Source: Thermoplasmata archaeon
GTDB taxonomy: Archaea; Thermoplasmatota; Thermoplasmata; Lutacidiplasmatales; UBA184
NCBI GenBank assembly: GCA_049799275.1
Contig: JBARHO010000247.1
Location: forward strand, 1-47,223
Length of the DNA: 47,223 nt
Reading direction: 5' to 3'
Below, piece by piece: positions 17,444 to 25,992 of the stretch. The notes beneath the pieces were generated by a model, which saw only the letters and a list, made by a program, of their open reading frames with translations, did no database searches and was not told the origin of the DNA. Each line of letters opens with the position of its first letter. The first letter of the stretch is position 1. Position numbers and translations under genes: made by a program.

Positions 17444-18301
17444 ATGTCCACTCCCCCCACCGCGCCCAGCTCCCCATCGGCCCCCGCCCCCCGACCATCG
17501 GGGCCCGGAGCGAAGAGCCTCAAAGAGGGAGGCACGATCGAACCCATCCGTGAGATCCTTTGGGGCGATCAGGCCGGTACCCGAAAGTACGAGACCTCCC
17601 AGGAGCTCCCCGAGGACCTGAGGAAGTTGATCATCAAGCTGATGGTCGTCCAGGCCGACACTGAGTTCGCTTCCATCCAACAGCACCGTCCCTGGTTGGA
17701 CAACGCCCCGACGCTGGAGGACCGCTGGATCGAGGCCCGGATCGTCGCCGACGAGGCCCGGCATGGTCTCCAGGCCTGTCGTATCCTGCGGGACTTCGGT
17801 GAGGAAGGGCAGCGCTACATCGACGAGCTCCTGACCAAGCGCGAGGGCGAGCACAAGCTCGATGCGTTCAACATGAAGTTCGACCGCTGGAGCGATGTCG
17901 GCGCGTTCACCTGCTTCGTCGACCGGGTGGGCGTCTATCAGCTCCGGGCCTTCCAGGAATGCTCGTACGGTCCCCTTGCGCGGGCGATGCCGCTCATGCT
18001 CTCCGAGGAGCAGCTCCACCTGAACTTCGGGTCCAGCGTCCTGAAACGGATGGCCAAGGACGGCGCCAAGTACTACGGGAGCAAGGAAGAGGCCCAGGCA
18101 TCGATCGGCAAGTGGTATCCCCGTGCCCTCGACATGTTCGGACATTCCAATTCGGAGACCAGCCGCAAGGCGATCGCCTTCGGCCTCAAGCGATGGACCA
18201 ACGAGGAAGCTCGCCAACGGTTCATCGACGAGGTGACCCCGCTCGTGGGATCGATGGGTCTCGAGCTCCCGTCGCCCGAGCTCGACCGTCACATCCTGTA
18301 G
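17444..18301 (+). CDS. Ferritin-like di-iron protein of the phenylacetate-CoA oxygenase PaaA/PaaC family
   Basis: ATG at 17444 after the ECH stop. Helices with E..H-type ligands: QADTEFASIQQH, ADEARHGLQ, LSEEQLHLNF. Confidence 0.55.
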   Translation: MSTPPTAPSSPSAPAPRPSGPGAKSLKEGGTIEPIREILWGDQAGTRKYETSQELPEDLRKLIIKLMVVQADTEFASIQQHRPWLDNAPTLEDRWIEARIVADEARHGLQACRILRDFGEEGQRYIDELLTKREGEHKLDAFNMKFDRWSDVGAFTCFVDRVGVYQLRAFQECSYGPLARAMPLMLSEEQLHLNFGSSVLKRMAKDGAKYYGSKEEAQASIGKWYPRALDMFGHSNSETSRKAIAFGLKRWTNEEARQRFIDEVTPLVGSMGLELPSPELDRHIL

Positions 18302-18349
18302 GGCCGGGACCGGGCGGACGCGTTCCCCGGGCCATCGAAGAGGATCCGG

Positions 18350-18901
18350 ATGTCGGGCTCGGTCGTTCCCGGTGCGGGCGGGGTACCGGCGCGGCTCGGG
18401 CATCTCTCCTTCGAGGTCGCGGACCTTGCGCGGACGACGTGGTTCTACGACCGTTTCCTGCGCCGGTTGGGGTTCGAGCGGTTCGTGGCCGAGGCCTCGT
18501 ACGCCGGGTACCGGACGAGCGATCTGACCATCTGGTTCCTTCACGAGACCCCCGAGCGGGTCCGTCGAAGGGCCATCACCGGGGAGGAGAACGTCGTGGC
18601 CGAGCACCTCGCGTTCTTCGTGCGCTCGGCCGGCGAGGTCGAACGGGTCCAGGCGGACCTCGAGAAGGTCGAGGTCTATCCGACCTTCCGGGCGGCCGAG
18701 CATCCCGAGTTCCACGCGGGATACTTCTCGGCGACCTGGATCGACCCCGACCAGATCGCGCTCGAGGTCTATACGATCCCGGAAGGGACCGCTCGCTCCC
18801 GGCCCTCGGCCCGTACCTCGACCCAGAAGGTCCGACCGAAGCTCAGGGCGCGACCCCGTTCGCCGCCGAAGAAGAAAAAGAAGGTCCCGCGCGCCCGGTG
18901 A
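18350..18901 (+). CDS. VOC/glyoxalase-family protein with a basic Lys/Arg-rich C-terminal tail
   Basis: LGHLSFEVADLARTTWFYDRFL...EHLAFFV. The tail RPKLRARPRSPPKKKKKVPRAR overlaps the 3' end of the convergent MVD gene. Confidence 0.6.
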   Translation: MSGSVVPGAGGVPARLGHLSFEVADLARTTWFYDRFLRRLGFERFVAEASYAGYRTSDLTIWFLHETPERVRRRAITGEENVVAEHLAFFVRSAGEVERVQADLEKVEVYPTFRAAEHPEFHAGYFSATWIDPDQIALEVYTIPEGTARSRPSARTSTQKVRPKLRARPRSPPKKKKKVPRAR

Positions 18902-19901
18902 TCAGGTGCCCTCCGGGCCCCGGGCGAAGGGTCCGGAGCTCGGCGACCCCGGGCACACGGCCCAGGATGCGGTGGACCCGAGCATGGTCCGGTTCCAACG
19001 TGAACACATGGACGTGGGCGCCGGCGTCGTGGGTGTACGCCGCGACGTAGTGGCCCGCCTCCTCGTTGATCTCCCGCACGGCCGTGAGGACGCGTCGCGA
19101 CGTGTCGGTCAGGTAATCGAACGCGGGACGTGTCGTTTCGCAGATCTCACGGAACTCATCGCATTCCTCCATGATCAGCGGAAAGAGCCGCTCGGGATCC
19201 TTCCGGCGAAGGGCGCGCCGCAGTTCGGCCAGCCGGCGCGGGACCGCTTCGATGCGCGCGGCATATCCCGGGGCCGTTCGGATGCTGAACTGCATGGCCC
19301 GGGCGGAGCGTCGTTTCTTCGGGACCGCATCGGCCACGAGGACCGCGACGTCCCGGAACTCGGGCCAATGGGACTCGGGCAGCACGGCCCGGGCGTAGCA
19401 ATCGCCCCCGTCCTCGCGCGTCCCGGCCCGCCATTCGACGAACCCACCAAAGAGCGAGCGACACGCGCTCCCGGACCCGAACCGGGCCAGCTGCGACAGT
19501 CGCTGCGGGGAGAGCCTGAGACCGGCCGCGTACGCGCCGGCCCCGGCCAGTGCGGCGAACCCGCTGGCGCTGCTCGCCATCCCGCTCGCCGTCGGGATAT
19601 TGTTCGACGAGGTGACGCGCGCGTGATCCGATCGCCCCGCTTCGGTCCGGATCCGGTCGAGCAGGGCCGAGACCGCCTTCCGGGGCGAGCCGTGATCCAC
19701 GACCCCGTTCATGACGAGCTCGTCCTCCCTCACCTTGGGATCGAAGACGACCCGGGTGCGGCTGCGGACGCGGTCGAGGGTCACCGAGAGCGACGGATTG
19801 TACGGAAGGACCAGGGCCTCGTCCCGGAGCCCCCAGTACTTGATCAGGGCGATGTTCGCGGGTGCCTCGTACGTGGCTTCGTTCATCGTCCTCGAGGTCA
19901 T
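18843..19901 (-). CDS. Mevalonate (di/bis)phosphate decarboxylase family, GHMP kinase fold
   Basis: APANIALIKYWGLRD, NNIPTASGMASSASGFAAL, GSGSACRSLFGGFVEW. Substrate (MVAPP, MVAP or 3,5-bisphosphate) cannot be assigned from sequence. Confidence 0.85.
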   Translation of the reverse strand: MTSRTMNEATYEAPANIALIKYWGLRDEALVLPYNPSLSVTLDRVRSRTRVVFDPKVREDELVMNGVVDHGSPRKAVSALLDRIRTEAGRSDHARVTSSNNIPTASGMASSASGFAALAGAGAYAAGLRLSPQRLSQLARFGSGSACRSLFGGFVEWRAGTREDGGDCYARAVLPESHWPEFRDVAVLVADAVPKKRRSARAMQFSIRTAPGYAARIEAVPRRLAELRRALRRKDPERLFPLIMEECDEFREICETTRPAFDYLTDTSRRVLTAVREINEEAGHYVAAYTHDAGAHVHVFTLEPDHARVHRILGRVPGVAELRTLRPGPGGHLITGRAGPSFSSSAANGVAP

Positions 19902-19954
19902 TTGTCCCGCCGGACGGCAGAGACTACTTATGCCCGCCGGAAGGTGGCGGCCCG

Positions 19955-20464
19955 ATGCCGCCGACCGAGCCCGTGAGCGGACCTCGACCGGCCCGCCCGC
20001 CGGCGGACTGGTTGCGTACCCCAGGGCTCGGCGGCTTCCACGCGTCGGTCGGCTTCTCGGTCGATCCCGAGGCCACCGGGAACGGCGCCTGCGTGGTCCG
20101 CGGGACGGTCGAGGAACGGCACCTCAACATCAACCGCGTCGTTCATGGGGGCGTCTACGCGACGATCCTCGACACGGCCATGGGCGGTTCGGTCGTCACC
20201 CTGCTCAAGAAGGAAGAGGTCACGGCGACGACGTCCCTGTACATCGAGTTCCTCCGGCCGGCCGAGCTCGGGGAGACGCTCTGGGCCAAGGGGGAAGTCG
20301 TCCGACGCGGCCGCCACCTGGCGTTCGTCGAGGGCAACCTGTTCGATCGCTCCGGGCGACGGCTCAGTCAGGCCCACGGGACCTGGTACATCTGGTCCGC
20401 GGGGGACGGTACGTGGCAGAAGAAGCCCGGGGGCCCGTCGGCCCGCCCGACCAAGGTTAAATAG
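19955..20464 (+). CDS. PaaI-family hotdog-fold thioesterase
   Basis: ATG at 19955 preceded by GGAAGGTGG. Motifs NRVVHGGVYATILDTAMG and GRHLAFVEGNL. Confidence 0.75.
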   Translation: MPPTEPVSGPRPARPPADWLRTPGLGGFHASVGFSVDPEATGNGACVVRGTVEERHLNINRVVHGGVYATILDTAMGGSVVTLLKKEEVTATTSLYIEFLRPAELGETLWAKGEVVRRGRHLAFVEGNLFDRSGRRLSQAHGTWYIWSAGDGTWQKKPGGPSARPTKVK

Positions 20465-20485
20465 CGCTTCCCAGATGGCCCGAGC

Positions 20486-20608
20486 GGCTGACGGCCAAAG
20501 CGGTGGGGAAACACCCGGTCTCATTCCGAACCCGGCAGTTAAGCCCACTGGCGTTCCGCGCGGTACTGAAGTGCGCGAGCCTACGGGAACCGTGGAAAGC
20601 TGTCAGCC
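20486..20608 (+). rRNA. rrf: 5S ribosomal RNA (stand-alone)
   Basis: Helix I GGCTGAC.../...GTCAGCC, and the conserved core ACACCCGGTCTCATTCCGAACCCGGCAGTTAAGCC...GTACTG...GCGAGCC..CGGGAA. No 16S or 23S in the window. Confidence 0.9.
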
Positions 20609-20648
20609 TCCTCCCTGTTCGCGCGGAGGCGCGGTCCGGGTTGGCACC

Positions 20649-20656
20649 TTTTAAGA
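20649..20656 (+). promoter_or_regulatory. Candidate TATA box for nfo (leaderless-type spacing)
   Basis: TTTTAAGA centred about 27 nt upstream of the nfo ATG at 20679. Confidence 0.3.
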
Positions 20657-20678
20657 GCCGCGACCGGGTCGTGGGGCC

Positions 20679-21620
20679 ATGCGCCTGGGTGCCCACATCG
20701 GTATAACCGACGGGTTCGATTCCGCCGCTCACACGGCGAAGAAGATCGGATGCGAGAGCATGCAGATCTTCTCGAAGAGCCCGCAGATGTGGAAAGGGGC
20801 CGCGATCTCGGACGAGTCCGCCGCCCGGTTCCGAGCGGCCGTCGAGGAGGACGCCGTCACCCCCATCGCGATCCACCACGGATACCTGCTCAACCTGGCG
20901 AGCCCGAAGGCGTTCATGTTGAAGCGCTCCCGCGGGGCCTTCGTCGATGAGCTCGAGCGGGCGGTGAAGCTGGGGGTCGACCAGCTGATCTTCCACCCGG
21001 GGGCACACCTGGGGAGCGGACCCGAGGAGGGGCTCCGGACGATCGTCGAGAGCCTCAACTGGGCCTTCTCCGAGACCCCCGATCTCCAGGTCCGGGCGCT
21101 CTTGGAGAACTGTGCGGGGCAGGGGACCGGCCTCTGCAGCAGTTTCGAGGAGCTCCAGGGGATCTTGGACCGGCTCGATCAGCCGGAGCGCGCGGCGGTC
21201 GTGCTCGACACCTGTCATCTCTTCGCTGCTGGGAACGACTTCCGGACCGACGAGCAGTACGGCGAGATGGTCGATCGCATCCGGGACTCGATCGGCGCGG
21301 AGCGCGTTCAGGCGTTCCACCTCAACGATGCTAAGGCCCCATTGGGTTCGCACCTCGATCGCCATGAGAACATCGGGAACGGGCAGATCGGGGTGGAAGG
21401 GTTCCGTCATCTCGTGAACGATCCCACCTGGCGGACGACCCCGGGGTATCTCGAGACCCCCATCGACGACGAGGAGTACACCCGGTACATCGAGGACCTG
21501 AAGACGCTCCGCCGTCTCGTGACCTCCCTGCCGAAGAGATTGGATCGGCCCACGGTCGAGCATCGCCCTCCGCGCAAGCGATCCCCCCGGGCCGGGGCGA
21601 AGGGAGCCGCGGATTCGTGA
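20679..21620 (+). CDS. nfo: Endonuclease IV (AP endonuclease, xylose-isomerase-like TIM barrel)
   Basis: MRLGAHIG, IAIHHGYLLNLASP, IFHPGAHLG, FHLNDAK. It has a C-terminal basic extension. Confidence 0.9.
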   Translation: MRLGAHIGITDGFDSAAHTAKKIGCESMQIFSKSPQMWKGAAISDESAARFRAAVEEDAVTPIAIHHGYLLNLASPKAFMLKRSRGAFVDELERAVKLGVDQLIFHPGAHLGSGPEEGLRTIVESLNWAFSETPDLQVRALLENCAGQGTGLCSSFEELQGILDRLDQPERAAVVLDTCHLFAAGNDFRTDEQYGEMVDRIRDSIGAERVQAFHLNDAKAPLGSHLDRHENIGNGQIGVEGFRHLVNDPTWRTTPGYLETPIDDEEYTRYIEDLKTLRRLVTSLPKRLDRPTVEHRPPRKRSPRAGAKGAADS

Positions 21621-22549
21621 GCACCCTCGTCGAGGTACTTCGGACCGAGCTTCCCCATCGACTGACGACCCATCCCGAGATCCGGGTACGGATCCCCCGC
21701 GGCGAGCCGCTCGCGAGCCGCTCGACCGGGGAGCTTCCGGCCGAACGCGTCACCGAGATCGACGGCCCGGCGACCGCCTTGCTGTCGGCCGCGACCCCGT
21801 CCTCGGAAGAGGGATCGCACTCCCTGGTGATCGCGCCCGCCTCGTACCTACTCCCGGATGGATACCCGACGCTCCGATCGCCCATCAGTCGCGACCGCCT
21901 CCCGATCACGGTCCTCGCGCTCGAATCGGGCCTCTTCGAGCCCCTGCCTCCGTCCGGCCCGGCGTCCCTCGAGGACCTCGGTGCGCTCCGGGCGTTCCCC
22001 CATCTGGCCCTCGTCGTGCCGCCCGACCCGGGTTCGCTCAAGGCCGTCCTCACCGAGGCGTCCTCGTGGGATGGACCCGTGTACCTGCGCCTGAACGGGG
22101 GGGATCTTCCCGAGCTCTCGGACCGTCCGTTCGCGATCGGCCGAGCGCGCGAGCTCCATCCGGGATCCGACCTCACGATCGCCTCGGCCGGGCCGCTGAT
22201 CGGAATGGCCCTCGAAGCGGCCCAGGAGCTGGCCCGGGTCGGGATCGAAGCGCGGGTGCTCGATCTCAGCAGCGTGAAGCCGTTCGATGAGAAGGCGGTG
22301 CTCCGGGCCGCGCGCGACACCGGGGCCATCTTGACCGTGGAGGACCACTCCAGCCTGACCGGTCTCGGCGCCCTGGTGGCCGCGACCACGTCGGAGAACT
22401 ATCCGGTCCCGGTCCGCCGGATCGGGGTCCCCGATCTCTTCCTGCGGCCGGAGGCCTCGGGAACGGTCCTCGCGCGGTACGGCCTCGGGCCCTCCAGCAT
22501 CCTCGACGAGGCCTGGGAGCTCCTGCGACAGAGGGGCAAGGTTGACTAG
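21617..22549 (+). CDS. Transketolase C-terminal-subunit-like protein, apparently catalytically degenerate
   Basis: GTG overlaps the nfo stop (GTGA). Collinear with TktC along its full length ([38 protein letters not shown]). However, the GIAEQN block reads DGPATA and GPTHQ reads GPASL. Confidence 0.65.
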   Translation: MSTLVEVLRTELPHRLTTHPEIRVRIPRGEPLASRSTGELPAERVTEIDGPATALLSAATPSSEEGSHSLVIAPASYLLPDGYPTLRSPISRDRLPITVLALESGLFEPLPPSGPASLEDLGALRAFPHLALVVPPDPGSLKAVLTEASSWDGPVYLRLNGGDLPELSDRPFAIGRARELHPGSDLTIASAGPLIGMALEAAQELARVGIEARVLDLSSVKPFDEKAVLRAARDTGAILTVEDHSSLTGLGALVAATTSENYPVPVRRIGVPDLFLRPEASGTVLARYGLGPSSILDEAWELLRQRGKVD

Positions 22550-22584
22550 GGGAGCGTTCTAGCCCCCTCGGAGAAGGACCGTCG

Positions 22585-23232
22585 ATGAAGCTGTTCCTGG
22601 ATACCGCGAGCGTGGACGAGATCAAAGAGATGTGGGACGTCGGGATCCTCGATGGCGTCACGACCAACCCGACCCTCGTCGCGAAGGAGGGCAAGAAGTT
22701 CGAGGACGTTCTGCACCAGATCACGGCGCTCGGGATCCCGTCGGTCTCCGCGGAGGTCGTCGGTACCGACGTGGACACGATGCTGAAGGAGGGCCGGCAT
22801 CTGCGGGGCATCCATTCGTCCATCTACGTGAAATGCCCGATGACGCCCGCCGGTCTCAAAGCGACGAAGATCCTCGCCGGAGAAGGGACCCGGGTCAACA
22901 TGACCCTCGTGTTCTCCGCGAACCAAGCGCTCCTGGCCGCCAAGGTCGGGGCGGCGTACGTGAGCCCCTTCATCGGCCGGCTCGACGATCAGAGCCAGAA
23001 CGGTCTCGAGCTCGTCGACGACATCGTCCAGATCTACCGGAACTACCACTACAAGACCGAGGTCCTCGTCGCCAGCGTCCGGCACCCCGTGCACGTCCTC
23101 GAGGCGGCGAAGATCGGGGCCGACATCTGCACGATGCCCTTCGAGGTCATGAAGAAGCTACCGAACCACCCCTTGACCGATCTCGGGCTCGCTCGCTTCC
23201 TGAAGGATTGGGAAAAGGTGCCGAAGGGCTGA
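22585..23232 (+). CDS. tal: Transaldolase / fructose-6-phosphate aldolase (short, subfamily 3B type)
   Basis: [39 protein letters not shown]. Confidence 0.9.
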   Translation: MKLFLDTASVDEIKEMWDVGILDGVTTNPTLVAKEGKKFEDVLHQITALGIPSVSAEVVGTDVDTMLKEGRHLRGIHSSIYVKCPMTPAGLKATKILAGEGTRVNMTLVFSANQALLAAKVGAAYVSPFIGRLDDQSQNGLELVDDIVQIYRNYHYKTEVLVASVRHPVHVLEAAKIGADICTMPFEVMKKLPNHPLTDLGLARFLKDWEKVPKG

Positions 23233-23278
23233 GCCCGGGCCCCCGCGTTCCCCGGGCCGGGACGACCCGGGGGCGCCG

Positions 23279-23286
23279 CTATATAT
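23279..23286 (+). promoter_or_regulatory. Candidate TATA box upstream of the DUF357/translin pair
   Basis: CTATATAT about 39 nt upstream of the ATG at 23322, in an otherwise GC-rich spacer. Confidence 0.3.
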
Positions 23287-23321
23287 CGGCGGTCGAGGTC
23301 CGCGATCCCACGGGAGAGACC

Positions 23322-23606
23322 ATGGCCGAACCTCCGCTCCTGGAAAAGTACCTGACCCTGACCCGGGAGGCGCTGGACCGATTGCGGCCCGCGCCCCCGC
23401 CCCGATCCTTCCTGATCGGAGCGTCCGAGGATTTCCTGTCGATGGCCCGGAACTACCTCGCCGACGCCGAGCACTTCCAGACCGCCGGGGATCGCGACCG
23501 GGCCCTGGCCGCGGCGAGCTACGCCCACGGATGGCTCGATGCCGGGGTACGCCTCGGCCTGCTCGATGGAGGGGACGACGATGTCCGGTTCACCCTCTAC
23601 CGCTAG
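23322..23606 (+). CDS. Small helical protein, DUF357-like
   Basis: 94 aa. ...YLADAEHFQTAGDRDRALAAASYAHGWLDAGVRLG... matches my recollection of the archaeal DUF357 pattern. It sits in a different frame inside the spurious 324-aa track ORF. Confidence 0.5.
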   Translation: MAEPPLLEKYLTLTREALDRLRPAPPPRSFLIGASEDFLSMARNYLADAEHFQTAGDRDRALAAASYAHGWLDAGVRLGLLDGGDDDVRFTLYR

Positions 23607-24237
23607 GGCGCCCGATCCCTCGGGGATCCCGGAGGCCGTGCTGGCCGGTATCGAGGCCCATCTGCGGCAACGCGAGCTCCGCCGGGAGGAGATCTACCAG
23701 CGGGCCCGTCGCCTCCGGCGGCTCGCGCAGGGGACGATGGGCCGGCTCCATGAAGGCGGTACCGTGACCGCCGAGCTCGCGGAGATCAAACGGAGCACCT
23801 CCGAGCTGGCCGGTTGGCTCCTCCGGGAGGGACGGGGCGATGAGGCGATCGCCCACGACGCCTTCCAGGAGAGCGTGGAGGCCACGCTTCTCGGCGCGGT
23901 CGTGTCCCGGCAGGCCCTCCCCGGACCCCAAGAGCTAGGGGTGGAGCCCGAGTCGTATCTCCTCGGGGTCGGCGATCTGGTGGGGGAGATCCGTCGTCTC
24001 ACGCTCGACCGCCTCGCCCATGGGGAGCTGGCCCAGGCGGATCGGTACCTCGCGCTCATGGACTCGATCTACCGGTCGCTCCTTCGGTTCGATACGACCC
24101 GTGCCATCGTTCAGCTGAAACCGAAACAGGACACCGCTCGGGCCCTGCTCGAGCGGACCCGCGGAGAGGTGACGATGGCCCGGCTATTGGCCCGCGCGAA
24201 CCTGTCGCCAGCGGCCGGTCCGGGGGACCCACCGTGA
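23581..24237 (+). CDS. Translin/TRAX-family protein (archaeal C3PO-like)
   Basis: Helical protein with ESYLLGVGDLVGEIRRLTLD and RYLALMDSIY. The start is uncertain (23539, 23566 or 23581) and overlaps the DUF357 gene. Confidence 0.6.
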   Translation: MSGSPSTARAPDPSGIPEAVLAGIEAHLRQRELRREEIYQRARRLRRLAQGTMGRLHEGGTVTAELAEIKRSTSELAGWLLREGRGDEAIAHDAFQESVEATLLGAVVSRQALPGPQELGVEPESYLLGVGDLVGEIRRLTLDRLAHGELAQADRYLALMDSIYRSLLRFDTTRAIVQLKPKQDTARALLERTRGEVTMARLLARANLSPAAGPGDPP

Positions 24238-25022
24238 CCTCTCCGCGTCAGACCATCGGGGTCATCGGTGGCTCTGGGATCTCGGAGTTCTTCTCGACCC
24301 CGACCAAGAGCCACTCCCTCACCACCCCCTGGGGTGCCCCCTCCGCGCCGGTCTTCGAAGGGATGGTGGGGTCGGTGCGGGTCCTGTTCCTTCCTCGGCA
24401 CGGCATCCGCCATACGATCCCTCCGCACCGGGTGAACTACCGGGCCAACATCGAGGCCCTGGTGACCCTCGGCGCCCAGGCGATCGTGACCGTGAGCTCG
24501 GTCGGCTCGCTCCAAGAGGAGCTCCAGCCCGGGACGCTCGTGCTGCCGGACCAGTTCATCGACCTGACCAAGCAGCGTCCGACGACGTTCTATGACGCGG
24601 ACAAGGTCTACCATGTCTCGCTCGCGGATCCCTTTTGCCCCGATCTCTCGCGAAAGGCCGCGGCCGCCGGTCGAGCGGTCGGGATCCCGTTCGCGGAAGG
24701 GAAGACGTACGTCTGCGTGGAAGGTCCGCGGTTCTCGACGCGCGCCGAGTCGAGATATTTCCGGCAGTTCGCCGACATCATCGGGATGACCCTGGTCCCG
24801 GAGGTCACGCTCGCGCGGGAACGTGCGGTCTGCTACCTGTGCATGGCGATGGTGACGGATTTCGATGTGTGGGCGGATCATCCGGTGGACGCGCACGACA
24901 TCGTGCGTGTCATGCGCGAGAACGTGAGCAAGGTCCGCAACGTCCTCGATCGACTGATCCCCGAGATCGCTGCCCCGCCGGAATGCGAGTGCGCGAACGC
25001 GCTCGCTTCAGCCGGTGTCTAG
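24234..25022 (+). CDS. mtnP: S-methyl-5'-thioadenosine phosphorylase
   Basis: GTG overlaps the translin stop. Motifs [54 protein letters not shown]. Confidence 0.9.
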   Translation: MTSPRQTIGVIGGSGISEFFSTPTKSHSLTTPWGAPSAPVFEGMVGSVRVLFLPRHGIRHTIPPHRVNYRANIEALVTLGAQAIVTVSSVGSLQEELQPGTLVLPDQFIDLTKQRPTTFYDADKVYHVSLADPFCPDLSRKAAAAGRAVGIPFAEGKTYVCVEGPRFSTRAESRYFRQFADIIGMTLVPEVTLARERAVCYLCMAMVTDFDVWADHPVDAHDIVRVMRENVSKVRNVLDRLIPEIAAPPECECANALASAGV

Positions 25023-25279
25023 TTCGATCGTCCCGTGCCGCGGCGCACCGTCATGGGGATGACACCGCCGGCGAACTCGCGCTCGGCGATCTCGACCGGG
25101 TCGATGAGGTCGGCCGGTACATCGATCAGGATCGGAGCGCCCAAGGAGATCTGCAGCGCGCGGGCCCCCAGGATCCGCGCTCGCTCGAACCGGGTGTAGA
25201 TTTCAGAGTTGGGCGATCCCGAAGGGTTCTGAGCCACTAGTACACCATTCAGGGCCGCCTCCAGCGCCGCGGCCGTCAA
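25019..25279 (-). CDS. rpoK: DNA-directed RNA polymerase subunit K (Rpo6)
   Basis: [21 protein letters not shown]...[21 protein letters not shown]. The TTG at 25279 is the longest start; the true start is uncertain. Confidence 0.85.
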   Translation of the reverse strand: MTAAALEAALNGVLVAQNPSGSPNSEIYTRFERARILGARALQISLGAPILIDVPADLIDPVEIAEREFAGGVIPMTVRRGTGRSN

Positions 25280-25460
25280 GGCAGCGGCCAGCTAGACTTT
25301 CCTATTTACGCTTTGCGTGGAGTCGGCCGCGGTCCAAGAACGGATCCGTGTGCGGCGGTCGCTCGCCGAGCGGATGTCGCTTTCAGCCGCGCTCGGGGAA
25401 TGATCCGCGCCCCCCCGCGGGGCCCTGGATACGGCCGATCGCGGACCCGGTCCCGGTGAT

Positions 25461-25733
25461 CTAGGACGGAGGACGCGGCCCCGCAGCGCCGGTAGAGGTG
25501 TCGCGCGGAGGGACCGGCCGTGTGGGTGCCCATCCGAAGGAGTGCCCGGTGATGCCCGCGGCCAAGCGGTCGATCCCAATGAAGAGCAACGCGAAACCAA
25601 GGAGGAAGACGAGCGTCAAGAGCGCGATCCCCGGAAAGACGAAGACCACGATCGCCGCGCCGAGCGAGATCAGTCCTACGACTATGGCCAAGGCCCTGGC
25701 CCAGATCGGGAGCGTTGCGACCGCGCTCGTCAT
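25461..25733 (-). CDS. Small membrane protein, DUF308/HdeD-like
   Basis: Two or three TM helices with a GxxxG-rich pattern: IVVGLISLGAAIVVFVFPGIALLTLVFLLGFALLFIGIDRL. Confidence 0.5.
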   Translation of the reverse strand: MTSAVATLPIWARALAIVVGLISLGAAIVVFVFPGIALLTLVFLLGFALLFIGIDRLAAGITGHSFGWAPTRPVPPRDTSTGAAGPRPPS

Positions 25734-25992
25734 GATCGTCCCTAGGACGGGGATCGGAGGTCCCACAATAAATGTGCCGATGCGAGCAGGCGGTTCTGGA
25801 TCAGGATCTGCACGCTCTCGATCCGACGCACGGTCCGTCCTGGGTCCGAACGACCCATCGATCCCTCCGTGGCGGACCCGAACGATCGGGGATCGACGCG
25901 ACGGGGCCCGTCGCCGCTGGTCCGGATCCTGACCGAGGAGAATTCCGGTGTTGGTGTTTTATAGACCCCACCGCGGTGCCGCACGAAATCTC

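Noticed and set aside
15508-18715. ORFs 15508-16935(-) 475 aa and 17405-18715(-) 436 aa
   Set aside because: They are antisense to rpiA, the crotonase and the PaaA-like gene, which carry clear family motifs. The translations are Arg/Pro/Gly-rich.
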